The notes beneath the pieces are model-generated. The model saw only the letters and a list, made by a program, of their open reading frames with translations. It made no database searches and had not been told where the DNA came from. Shown here in pieces: positions 52,523 to 61,470 of a stretch of DNA of 61,470 bases (position 1 is the first letter of the stretch; each line of letters starts with the position of its first letter). The stretch spans positions 1 to 61,470 of the forward strand of contig NZ_CAXAHB010000001.1 in NCBI RefSeq assembly GCF_963968385.1, given 5' to 3'. This stretch comes from an uncultured Oceanicoccus sp. GTDB lineage: Bacteria; Pseudomonadota; Gammaproteobacteria; Pseudomonadales; Dasaniaceae. Made by a program: the position numbers and the translations under genes.

Positions 52523-53134
52523 ATGTCAGAAGTGCAGGCAGCAACAGAATTAAAGATGACCATCACTGAATCAGCGCAGGATTATCTTGCTGAACTTTTG
52601 GAAAGTCAGGAAGACGATGTGCTAGGTATCCGTATGTTTGTTAATGCGCCTGGCACACCAAAGGCAGAGACTTGCATTGCTTATTGTCGTGATGCGGATA
52701 TAAACCAAGAAGATATTCTTGTTGACTATGAGAAGTTTACCGCACGCTTTGAGACTAGGAGTATTCCGTTCCTTAAAGATGCCTTTGTCGATTATGCCAA
52801 AGATAGAATGGGAGGCCAGCTAACGATTAAAGCGCCCAATGCCAAGTTGCCTCAGGTAAATGCGGATAGCTCAATAGAGGATCGCATCAATTATGTGCTT
52901 TTTAATGAGGTGAACCCTTCATTGGCGGCTCATGGCGGTGAAGTATCACTGCTGGAGGTCACCGACGAAAATATTGCTATATTGCAGTTTGGTGGAGGTT
53001 GTCAGGGCTGTGGTATGGTGGAATCTACGTTAAAAGACGGCGTTGAAAAGAGTCTTTTAGAGCAGGTGCCTGAGTTAAGTGCAGTCATGGACATGACCGA
53101 CCACACCGACCGTTCCCATGCTTATTTCAAATAA
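52523..53134 (+). CDS. nfuA: Fe-S biogenesis protein NfuA
   Basis: [47 protein letters not shown]. Confidence 0.94.
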   Translation: MSEVQAATELKMTITESAQDYLAELLESQEDDVLGIRMFVNAPGTPKAETCIAYCRDADINQEDILVDYEKFTARFETRSIPFLKDAFVDYAKDRMGGQLTIKAPNAKLPQVNADSSIEDRINYVLFNEVNPSLAAHGGEVSLLEVTDENIAILQFGGGCQGCGMVESTLKDGVEKSLLEQVPELSAVMDMTDHTDRSHAYFK

Positions 53135-53248
53135 TTACCTTACGCGATATATATTAAAGATTATTTACCTAACAGATTTTTAATAACAAATTTCATCAAA
53201 ACCGCCGGTATAACCGCTATTTGCCACTAAAAATATTGCATAAAGTGA

Positions 53249-53276
53249 TTGACGAGCCTAGTAAAGTAGTTACAAT
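53249..53276 (+). promoter_or_regulatory. sigma70 promoter of the cold-shock gene (implies a ~175-nt 5' UTR)
   Basis: TTGACG-16-TACAAT; long leaders are typical of cspA-type genes. Confidence 0.6.
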
Positions 53277-53459
53277 CTACTCAGCTTGAAAATACGGCTT
53301 TTTTTATGGTCAATCATTACGATGCTTCAACTGCAGTAGTTCGTCCTGTTCTTCATAATCAATACCAAATTTCCCGGCTAGAATGCTCTGCATGCATCTG
53401 TGTGTATAGGTTGAATGTTAAATGTTAGCAATGGCTAATAAGTAAAATAGGATTGAGAT

Positions 53460-53669
53460 ATGTCTGATCAAACTACTGGCACCGTTAAGTGGTTCAACGA
53501 AAGCAAAGGTTTTGGTTTTATCGAGCAAGAGTCTGGCCCTGATGTGTTTGTACACTTCAGCGCAATCAACTCTTCAGGCTTCAAAACTTTGGCTGAAGGC
53601 CAGAAAGTTGAGTTCACAGTAACTCAGGGTCAAAAAGGCCCACAAGCTGAGAACGTAGTACCTCTATAA
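53460..53669 (+). CDS. Cold-shock protein (CspA family)
   Basis: [22 protein letters not shown]...[19 protein letters not shown]. Confidence 0.97.
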   Translation: MSDQTTGTVKWFNESKGFGFIEQESGPDVFVHFSAINSSGFKTLAEGQKVEFTVTQGQKGPQAENVVPL

Positions 53670-53787
53670 TTTTTTTATAAGTACGCTGAATTTGCTTGGG
53701 AATAAGGTTTTAGTTAAGCCTTGTTTCTTGTGACGGGTTATGCTGTTAGGCCGTTATTGTTTTTATTCGCTTGTGCGAATAGAACTG

Positions 53788-53813
53788 AAAGCCGCGCTTG
53801 TCGCGGTTTTTTT
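53788..53813 (+). terminator. Terminator after the csp gene
   Basis: AAAGCCGCG-cttgt-CGCGGTTTTTTT. Confidence 0.75.
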
Positions 53814-54072
53814 GTGCCTGTTAAAAAATTGCTGAGTTGCCGGGTTGGTGATCGGATTTTTAAAGGTTCTTTCTCGGGTTAATTTCTGTCTATACTTAAT
53901 TATTCACTTTAGGATTTAGTCCTAAGTCATTGTAATTGAATATTAAGTTTCAAGAAAAGTTAAATTAACCAAGACGCCCTAACAAAGGAAAAGACAATAA
54001 TCTGGCAGGCTAAATTACTTAATAGGTGGATGGTTTTCAGAGGTGTCGAAATTTAAGGCATCCATCCTACTC

Positions 54073-54390
54073 TCAAACATCGTCAAGCATGCCATTAATA
54101 ATATCGGTTTCTATCATATTGACCGGACCCCATTCCTCGGGGTGAATTGTATCGTCAGGGTCGAGATAGTCTTCAGAGCTAAGCTCATAGGCATTGCGCC
54201 AATCTTCAGGCTCCTCGATTTGTTCTAATAGCATTTCGTTCCAGTTTTCGAAGTCATACTCTGTCACGGCTCCATCGATGAGTTGAACCTCTATACTTCT
54301 AGTCTTTTCATCGATTGCCACGACTTCAAAGGTCAATCCTTGTTGGATTTCTTTATACCAATTGCCAACTTGGGGTGTGGTACTTTTCAT
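54073..54390 (-). CDS. Small acidic hypothetical protein (DUF6763-like)
   Basis: P.VG.WY......FEVVAID......IEVQ..DG...E.D...W.......IE.PEDW; GAGGG RBS. Confidence 0.7.
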   Translation of the reverse strand: MKSTTPQVGNWYKEIQQGLTFEVVAIDEKTRSIEVQLIDGAVTEYDFENWNEMLLEQIEEPEDWRNAYELSSEDYLDPDDTIHPEEWGPVNMIETDIINGMLDDV

Positions 54391-54729
54391 TTCACGCCCT
54401 CTGCTTATTAGATGTTTTATATTCAAGGTACCATGTAAAATCCAACTGTCCATATCAGGCTGGTTTAGCGATTTCAGTTTGGCTATGCTCTAATAATGGC
54501 AGCAATTGTGAAAACCGATTGTGATTCAATGGCTTATAATTTGTAAATGTAGTGGTGATGTTCTATAAAAGGGTTTCTTAGAGTTTTTTACTCTAAAAAT
54601 AACTTTGAATTCGATTAATTTGTATAAAAATTTTGATTAAACATAACTAGTGTTTAACGATTATTGGCGGGCCCCATTGTTCGTTATGTTTTACCTAGGT
54701 CCATCACTTAACCGATTGCGTGACCATTT

Positions 54730-55854
54730 ATGAATACATCAGCAAAATCACCATCGATAGAATCGCCACTGTTTGGTATTAATCTTGTGGAGTACCCTTG
54801 GATATGGGAAGTGTTTACTCTGGTATTGCTAACATTACTAGCCCGTTATGCGGTTGGTCTGTTTTTGCGCAAACTGGAGCAACAATTGCAAAAAACGCAT
54901 ACCCTTTGGGATGATGCCTTATTAGAAGCCGCGCATGCACCGGCAGGTTGGCTGGTTTGGTTTGTTGGTTTTAGTTGGGTGTTAGAGGTGTTGGTCGTTG
55001 AGTCGGAGGCCTTTGTGTTTAGCACGCTGGGGCCAGCACGGGAACTTGCAGTAATTGCCTTGTTGGCATGGTTTCTGATTCGTCTCACCAAGCAAATAGA
55101 AAGCCGTTTAATCTCCGATGAGTATTCAGCAGAGCCGGTTGATTCCACAACGGTATTGGCGTTGGGTAAGTTAATTAAAGCTGCGGTGGTCATTACGGTG
55201 ACTCTAGTAGCACTTCAAACGCTGGGTTATAGTATTTCGGGTGTATTAGCCTTTGGCGGTATCGGAGGTATTGCTGTTGGTTTTGCGGCGAAAGATTTAC
55301 TCGCTAATTTCTTTGGCGGTTTAATGGTATTTCTTGATAGGCCTTTTGCTGTCGGCGACTGGATTCGCTCCCCGGATCAGGAAATAGAGGGTACGGTAGA
55401 GCATATCGGTTGGCGCCAAACTCGCATTCGTACCTTTGACAAGCGTCCGCTCTATATTCCCAATGCAACCTTTAGCCATATTTCGGTTGAAAATCCCTCG
55501 CGTATGCTTAACCGTCGGATCTATGAAACCATTGGTATACGCTATGAAGATGCTGACAAAATAAAAGCGATTGTGGATGATGTGACAGATTTACTAAAAA
55601 ATCATCAAGACATCGACTCAGATCAAACCCTTATTGTTAATTTCAATAGTTTTGCCGCCTCATCGTTGGACTTCTTTATCTATACCTTTACCAAAACCAC
55701 AGACTGGGTGGAATATCATCAGGTGAAGCAGCGGGTCTTACTAGAAATTCTGGATATTATTTTTAAACATAAGGCCGATATTGCCTTTCCGACCTCGACG
55801 GTTGTTATTCCTGATGGCGTTGATATAAATGCTGAAAATAAGCAACAAGGATAA
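54730..55854 (+). CDS. Small-conductance mechanosensitive channel (MscS family, YnaI-like)
   Basis: LAFGGIGGIAVGFAAKD.LANFFGG, RPF.VGDWI, GTVE.IGWR.TRIRTFD..P.YIPN. Confidence 0.92.
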   Translation: MNTSAKSPSIESPLFGINLVEYPWIWEVFTLVLLTLLARYAVGLFLRKLEQQLQKTHTLWDDALLEAAHAPAGWLVWFVGFSWVLEVLVVESEAFVFSTLGPARELAVIALLAWFLIRLTKQIESRLISDEYSAEPVDSTTVLALGKLIKAAVVITVTLVALQTLGYSISGVLAFGGIGGIAVGFAAKDLLANFFGGLMVFLDRPFAVGDWIRSPDQEIEGTVEHIGWRQTRIRTFDKRPLYIPNATFSHISVENPSRMLNRRIYETIGIRYEDADKIKAIVDDVTDLLKNHQDIDSDQTLIVNFNSFAASSLDFFIYTFTKTTDWVEYHQVKQRVLLEILDIIFKHKADIAFPTSTVVIPDGVDINAENKQQG

Positions 55855-55868
55855 ATAATAAGGAGTGA

Positions 55869-56609
55869 TTGCCCAAGATGATTGCCATCATTGGTGGAAC
55901 AGGATTAAACACCTTTAGCGATGGCGAGGTGGTGGGTGAGCGCCATAATCACTACGGGTATACCTCGGCATCCATTATACAGTCAGAGATTGATGGGCAG
56001 CAGATTTGTTTCTTATCTCGTCATGGCAATCCACATACTATTGCACCGCATCAAGTTAATTACCGAGCGAACCTTTGGGCACTGAAACAATTAGGCGTTA
56101 GTAAAATACTAGCCGTTAACGCGGTTGGTGGTATCGCACCATCTATGACGGCAGGTACTTTGGTATTACCTGATCAATTGATTGATTATACCTATGGCCG
56201 AGAACATACCTTGTATGATCAAACTGATAACAAGTTAGAGCATATTGATTTTAGCTATCCATTTTCCAGCAATTTACGTGACGTATTAAAACGTGCCGCG
56301 GTTGGTTGTTCTCTACCGTTGTTAGATAAAGCGGTTTATGGTGTTACTCAGGGACCACGTTTGGAGACAGCGGCAGAGATCAATCGTATGGACAGAGACG
56401 GTTGTGATATTGTCGGTATGACGGCAATGCCCGAGGCCGCTTTAGCCAGAGAGCTGGATATGGATTATGCCAGCCTTTGTTTAGTGGTTAATCCGGCGGC
56501 GGGACGCAGTGATGGTTTGATTGCGATGGATGATATTCGCTGTGTTATTGATGCTGGAATGATAAAGGTTAGGGCATTACTGATTGCGGCGCTGGCTGAG
56601 CTTGGTTAA
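55869..56609 (+). CDS. S-methyl-5'-thioinosine/thioadenosine phosphorylase
   Basis: IIGGTG, FL.RHG..H.I.PH.VNYRAN.WAL, QGPRLET.AE, VGMT.MPEA.LARE, VVN.AAG. Confidence 0.88.
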   Translation: MPKMIAIIGGTGLNTFSDGEVVGERHNHYGYTSASIIQSEIDGQQICFLSRHGNPHTIAPHQVNYRANLWALKQLGVSKILAVNAVGGIAPSMTAGTLVLPDQLIDYTYGREHTLYDQTDNKLEHIDFSYPFSSNLRDVLKRAAVGCSLPLLDKAVYGVTQGPRLETAAEINRMDRDGCDIVGMTAMPEAALARELDMDYASLCLVVNPAAGRSDGLIAMDDIRCVIDAGMIKVRALLIAALAELG

Positions 56610-57714
56610 TTTCAGCATCAATAGCGACGTCTTGTGTAGGTTCTTGTGCAGGTTCAGGAAATTCATACGGTGTAATTCTCACCAATAATCCCATCAATGG
56701 GTGGTCAATATAGTGAAGTTCATTGCTGCGCATTCGCCGCGACTGGCGCATGGTCGATGTTTGATCCACCGCATATTGGCTGTGTGTCAAATCGAGGAAC
56801 GGGTTTTTCATAACATGATTGCTAGCCATAATCATGTTAGAGCCTGTGTTGGAACTAGTCTGATTAAAGACATCCTGAGCTGGTCCATTGATAGCAGTCT
56901 CGGGGTCATTGGCGCTAGAAACTATTGGGGCTTTAGGTAAAACAGGCCAGGGGTTTTCCATGCGGCCTGCATTGCTAACAAAAGTACTAAGCCATAAATT
57001 GGTGGTGATATGGAGATAGCGCTCTAGCCCAAAACTAATCGATCCTTCCAGCTCAAAATGATTGTCAAATTGATCGCCGCCTCGAATTAGCAAGCTTTCA
57101 GAGTCATTGCGCTTGCCGATGGGTTGTCGCCAGGCGCCATGAAATAATTGGCGCAAGTCTTTTTGGCGAAATAGCTGCTGTTTTATCGTGCTAAAGCTCT
57201 GCTCTTCTTGCGGTAGGAGGGTGAAGGGTTGTTCTTTTAGGGTGACTAACAGTGGTTCTGGTAAGGATAATTCTGGTAAGGGTGGTTCTGATAAAGATGG
57301 CTCTAGTAAAGATCGTTCTAGTAAAGATGCTTCTGGTAAGGATGCTTCTGGTAAGGATGGTGCTGCTAGAGATGGTTCTGCTAAAAATATCGGCTCAGCG
57401 ATTTCCTCGGGTAATATCTCAGCCGTGGAAGCACTAGGCTCTGACTCAATGATTTCTGCATTGTCAGGCCAATTATTCAGTAGCACTTCATTTTGGCTAG
57501 CTTTTTTTAATTCAACAATACGATCGGGGTATTTTAAACCTAACTCCTTGGGCCATAATTCGGCAGTGTTATCAGCCGTATCTTGATAGGCAAAAATCAG
57601 TACTTCAATTTGATACCATTGCTGTTCTGCCACCTCTTGATTGGCGCTTTGAGCCAAAACTGCACCATTGGCAATCAGTATTGTGCTTATTAATGTCACG
57701 ACTAATGATTTCAT
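56569..57714 (-). CDS. csiV: CsiV-like periplasmic peptidoglycan-binding protein
   Basis: Signal peptide, WYQIEVLIF, LFH.AWRQP, L.G.I......YLH, Q.RRMRS.ELHYIDHP.MGLLV.ITP; downstream of mfd. Confidence 0.8.
   Translation of the reverse strand: MKSLVVTLISTILIANGAVLAQSANQEVAEQQWYQIEVLIFAYQDTADNTAELWPKELGLKYPDRIVELKKASQNEVLLNNWPDNAEIIESEPSASTAEILPEEIAEPIFLAEPSLAAPSLPEASLPEASLLERSLLEPSLSEPPLPELSLPEPLLVTLKEQPFTLLPQEEQSFSTIKQQLFRQKDLRQLFHGAWRQPIGKRNDSESLLIRGGDQFDNHFELEGSISFGLERYLHITTNLWLSTFVSNAGRMENPWPVLPKAPIVSSANDPETAINGPAQDVFNQTSSNTGSNMIMASNHVMKNPFLDLTHSQYAVDQTSTMRQSRRMRSNELHYIDHPLMGLLVRITPYEFPEPAQEPTQDVAIDAEINQAQPAPQSVMP
57254..57388. repeat. Nine degenerate 15-bp tandem repeats inside csiV
   Basis: Units such as GGTTCTGGTAAGGAT / GCTTCTGGTAAGGAT / GGCTCTAGTAAAGAT encode SLPEA/SLLEP-type pentapeptides. 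Confidence 0.9.
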
Positions 57715-57765
57715 TATCGGTGTTATCACTCTTTATGGCTTTCCATACTTCAAGCTACGGCCTTT

Positions 57766-60700
57766 TTAAGCGGTCTCTGGCGTCAGTATATCCAATAGCT
57801 TATCAATAAAATCAAATCGTTGTTCGGTTTCTTCCAGCGATTCACTAAATTTTAGTGCAGTAGCTCCAGCTAATTGATAAGTGGCGGGCTGGCTTTGTAC
57901 CAGTTTGACTAGGGTTATTGGTTCTATCTGGGTGTCGTCAGCGAATTCCAGTTTTCCTCCTGTGGTCGAGCCTTCCACTTTTTTAATGCCAATCGCCTGT
58001 GCGCGTAATTTAAGCTCAGTGGCTCTAAAGAGGTTTTTAACCGCATCCGGCAATAGACCAAAGCGATCAATCATTTCGACCTGTAATTCTCGCAACACAT
58101 TTTTGGTTTCAGCATTGGCAATGCGCTTGTATAAAATCAGTCGGGTATGTACATCCGGTAAATAATCATCGGGTATTAAGGCGGGTAATCGAAGGTTTAC
58201 CTCGCTGGCTGGTTTGAAGGCATCCTCAATAGTGATTTCTTTGCCATTTTTGATGCTGTTAACGGCACGCTCCAGCATTTCCATATAAAGCGTAAAGCCA
58301 ATATTATGAATTTGACCGCTTTGATCGTCACCCAATAATTCACCGGCACCGCGAATCTCAAGATCATGAGTTGCCAGTGTAAAGCCCGAACCCAGGTCTT
58401 CAGCCTGACTAATCGCATCCAGCCGCTTTTCAGCATCCTTGGTCATATTTTTGATACCGGGTGTCAGTAGATAAGCATAGGCCTGATGATGAGATCGCCC
58501 AACACGGCCACGTAACTGATGCAGTTGGGCCAGGCCAAATTTATCAGCTCGATCAATAATGATGGTATTAGCACTGGGTACGTCAATGCCTGTTTCAATA
58601 ATGGTGGTGCATAGCAATAGATTAAAGCGTTTATGATAAAAATCCGACATCACTCGTTCTAATTGCCGTTCAGGCATTTGGCCATGACCTATGCCGATAC
58701 GCAGTTCTGGTACCAGCTGCTGTAACTCTCTGGCGGTTTGCTCAATAGTTTTCACCTCGTTGTGCAAATAATAGACCTGTCCGCCGCGTAAAATTTCACG
58801 CAGCAGCGCCTCTTTGATAATGCCTTTGTCAGTTTGCCGGACAAAGGTTTTTACCGACAAACGGCGGGCGGGTGGTGTTGCGATAATCGATAAATCCCGC
58901 ATACCTGACATCGCCATATTGAGCGTGCGAGGAATCGGTGTCGCCGTTAAGGTCAAAATATCTACCTCGGAGCGCAGCGATTTTAGTTTTTCTTTTTGTC
59001 TGACACCAAAGCGATGTTCTTCATCAATAATCAATAAGCCTAAATTGTGATACTTCACATCGCTCTGCAGTAATTTATGCGTACCAATTAAAATATCCAC
59101 TTTGCCATCGGCGACATTTGCCAATACTTGCTCCGTGTCTTTTGCATTGCGAAAGCGGGAAAGTACTTCAACCCTCACTGGCCAGTCGGCAAAACGGTCT
59201 TTGAAAGATTCATAGTGTTGTTGCGCGAGAAGGGTGGTGGGCACTAGGATCGCTACCTGTTTGCTGTTGTGTACAGCAACAAAGGCCGCCCGCATGGCTA
59301 CTTCGGTTTTACCAAAGCCAACATCGCCACAGACTAATCGGTCTGTGGCGGTGGGCGCTGCTAAATCAGAAAGTACGGCTGCAATTGCAGTTTCCTGATC
59401 AGGCGTTTCCTCAAAGGGAAAGCCGGCAGCGAATTTCTCATAGGCCGGTTTAGGGTTGGATAGAGCTTCACCCGGTCTGGCTGCTCGGCGAGCATAAATG
59501 TCCAGCAGTTCGGCTGCAACGTCACGAATCTTTTCGGCTGCTTTGCGTTTGGCTTTTGACCATTGGTCGCTACCCAGTCGATGCAGTGGCGCATGTTCTT
59601 CATCAGCACCGCTATAGCGGCTGATTAAGTGGAGTGACGATACTGGAACATAAAGTTTTGCACCGTCTGCATATTCCAATGTGAGGAATTCGGCCGTTTC
59701 ACCCCCAGCGCCAATTTTTTGCAGGCCGCGGTAGCGACCAACGCCATGGTCCAAATGAACTACCGGTGCACCAATTCGCAATTCGGTCAGGTTTTTAATC
59801 ACCGTATCGCTATTGTCTTGCGCTTTGCGACGGCGGCGAGTTTGCATAACGCGCTGGCCAAATAACTGTGGCTCAGCGATGACTATGGTATCGCTCAGCT
59901 GTAGGCCGGCCTCCAGTGGCCCAATGGTTATCGCCAGTCGTTTGTCGCTAACCATAAAATCTTGCCAGCTGTCACAGATGTCTGGCTTGATAGCATGGCG
60001 TGATAATAAATCGAGTAAGCTTTCTCGGCGTCCGGCACTTTCGGCACAAAATAAAATGCGGGCTTGGCTATCTGAAATCAGTGCGGCGACTTCTTTTAAC
60101 GGATTTTCCGCTTGGCTATCAATCGATAAAAAAGCCGGAGGTTGGCAATCAAAATTATGGTTGCCCGCTTTTTCTTCCAATGCATCGCGGTGCATAACAA
60201 TACGCGGATAATGCTTGAAGGCATTAAACAATTGTTCGCTGGGAACAAATAATTGCTGCGGACTTAACAAAGGACGTTGGGCATCAATATTGCGATCTTC
60301 ATAACGTGTATGCAGTTCGCGCCAGAATTGATCGGCGGCGCCCTCCAATCCCTCTAGGTTAACCATTAAGCTGTCTTTGGGTAAAAAATCGAATAGGGTG
60401 CTAGTGCTATCAAAAAACAGCGGTAAATAGTATTCAATACCGGCAGGCGCAATACCCTCACTAACATCCTGATAGATAGAACACTGACGATGATCCACAT
60501 CAAACTGCTCATGCCATTGATTGCGAAAGCGGCTGATACCGCTTTTATCTAAAGGAAACTCCTTGCCCGGTAGAAGATTAACCGATTTGATTTGCTCGAT
60601 AGTGCGTTGGCTCTCTGGATCAAAGGTGCGCAGGGTGTCGACCTCATCGCCGAATAGATCAACCCGAAAAGGCATGCTGCTACCCATAGGGAAGATATCC

Positions 60701-61215
60701 ATAATTGAACCGCGCAGTGCAAACTCACCATGCTCATAGACGGTATTTACACAGCGATAGCCGTTTGCTTCGAGTTTTAGCCGCATAGCCTTTATATCAA
60801 ACGTTTGGCCGACTTCAATGGCCAAGCTATGTGCCTGAAGATACTCGCTAGGTAGTAAGCGATGCATCAAGGTTGATACCGGCACCACCAAAATACCGCT
60901 TTTCATCTCTGACAAACGGTGCAGGGTGTTTAGGCGCTCGGAAATAATATCCTGATGTGGTGAAAAAGTATCATAAGGCAGGGTTTCCCAGTCGGGAAAG
61001 TGCACAATCTCCAAGTCACCACTATAGAAACTCAGCTCTTGCTCGAAGCGCATTGCGCTGGCGGTATCATTACAGACCAACACGGTTAATTGTCCGGATT
61101 GACGGGCTGTGTTGGCAATAGCCAGACTGGGGGCGCTGCCAAACAGGCTGCCCCAGCGTTGCCGGTCGCCGGGCTGATCAATGACAGAAGGAGGCAGTAG
61201 GGGGCTTTGACTCAT
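57766..61215 (-). CDS. mfd: Transcription-repair coupling factor
   Basis: PDWETLPYD.FSPH, VVH.DHGVGRY, CGDVGFGKTEVA, DEEHRFG, TATPIPRTL, QLRGRVGRS, DLEIRGAG. Confidence 0.98.
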   Translation of the reverse strand: MSQSPLLPPSVIDQPGDRQRWGSLFGSAPSLAIANTARQSGQLTVLVCNDTASAMRFEQELSFYSGDLEIVHFPDWETLPYDTFSPHQDIISERLNTLHRLSEMKSGILVVPVSTLMHRLLPSEYLQAHSLAIEVGQTFDIKAMRLKLEANGYRCVNTVYEHGEFALRGSIMDIFPMGSSMPFRVDLFGDEVDTLRTFDPESQRTIEQIKSVNLLPGKEFPLDKSGISRFRNQWHEQFDVDHRQCSIYQDVSEGIAPAGIEYYLPLFFDSTSTLFDFLPKDSLMVNLEGLEGAADQFWRELHTRYEDRNIDAQRPLLSPQQLFVPSEQLFNAFKHYPRIVMHRDALEEKAGNHNFDCQPPAFLSIDSQAENPLKEVAALISDSQARILFCAESAGRRESLLDLLSRHAIKPDICDSWQDFMVSDKRLAITIGPLEAGLQLSDTIVIAEPQLFGQRVMQTRRRRKAQDNSDTVIKNLTELRIGAPVVHLDHGVGRYRGLQKIGAGGETAEFLTLEYADGAKLYVPVSSLHLISRYSGADEEHAPLHRLGSDQWSKAKRKAAEKIRDVAAELLDIYARRAARPGEALSNPKPAYEKFAAGFPFEETPDQETAIAAVLSDLAAPTATDRLVCGDVGFGKTEVAMRAAFVAVHNSKQVAILVPTTLLAQQHYESFKDRFADWPVRVEVLSRFRNAKDTEQVLANVADGKVDILIGTHKLLQSDVKYHNLGLLIIDEEHRFGVRQKEKLKSLRSEVDILTLTATPIPRTLNMAMSGMRDLSIIATPPARRLSVKTFVRQTDKGIIKEALLREILRGGQVYYLHNEVKTIEQTARELQQLVPELRIGIGHGQMPERQLERVMSDFYHKRFNLLLCTTIIETGIDVPSANTIIIDRADKFGLAQLHQLRGRVGRSHHQAYAYLLTPGIKNMTKDAEKRLDAISQAEDLGSGFTLATHDLEIRGAGELLGDDQSGQIHNIGFTLYMEMLERAVNSIKNGKEITIEDAFKPASEVNLRLPALIPDDYLPDVHTRLILYKRIANAETKNVLRELQVEMIDRFGLLPDAVKNLFRATELKLRAQAIGIKKVEGSTTGGKLEFADDTQIEPITLVKLVQSQPATYQLAGATALKFSESLEETEQRFDFIDKLLDILTPETA

Positions 61216-61470
61216 AAATCTTAATGGTTTTTGCGATATATTAAGGGCGCGTATTGTAGCGTGACAGCCTCGTATTTACATCGCCGATTTGCTGCAATTT
61301 ACCCGTCAGTGGCCCGAATGGTGTCGATGTTGCTAGAGTTGGTTGTTTAATTGAGCTAATTTGTCTTGAAAAGTTACGCTAGCGGTTGAAGTTGGCGGGG
61401 TGAATGAACATAATACGCGCTTTTTTGGCAAGTCCGATTTTACTGGAACGCTTTTACTTGAAAACTTTTA

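Noticed and set aside
57188-57586. 132-aa antisense ORF with GSGKD repeats; repeat array considered as CRISPR
   Set aside because: It is the shadow of the csiV minisatellite; the units are contiguous with no spacers, and there are no cas genes.

Overview
A mostly core-genome stretch of an AT-leaning gammaproteobacterial chromosome. Gene order resembles Pseudomonas/Cellvibrionales (inference). It holds a truncated porin gene, tRNA-Val/Asp, a dimeric dUTPase operon, phhB-trmA/galE, serT-yccA-tusDCBE, rne/rluC, maf, yceD-rpmF-plsX-fabDG-acpP-fabF-pabC-mltG-tmk-holB-tatD, a GH84 plus cupin pair, tRNA-Leu-tig-clpPX-lon-hupB-ppiD, serA, ETF/ETF-QO, sulfite reductase, metH/nfuA, a cold-shock gene, MscS, a thio-nucleoside phosphorylase, csiV and mfd. 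I saw no CRISPR array, integrase or IS. The strongest unexplained signal is non-coding: two ~210-bp mirror-image modules (1170-1382 and 2607-2817) flank the tRNA-Val/Asp operon. Each has a three-DnaA-box core spaced 9-5-9-3-9, then a Fis-like site, an IHF site and a distal DnaA box, with spacings matching to within 1-2 bp. This looks like a twin DARS (DnaA-reactivating sequence)-type locus. Other leads are the dUTPase/tandem winged-helix/degenerate nuclease operon, a cytoplasmic O-GlcNAcase-like gene paired with a PMI-like cupin, and a 38-aa membrane protein missing from the ORF track. All calls come from reading the sequence and recalled family motifs; no searches were run.
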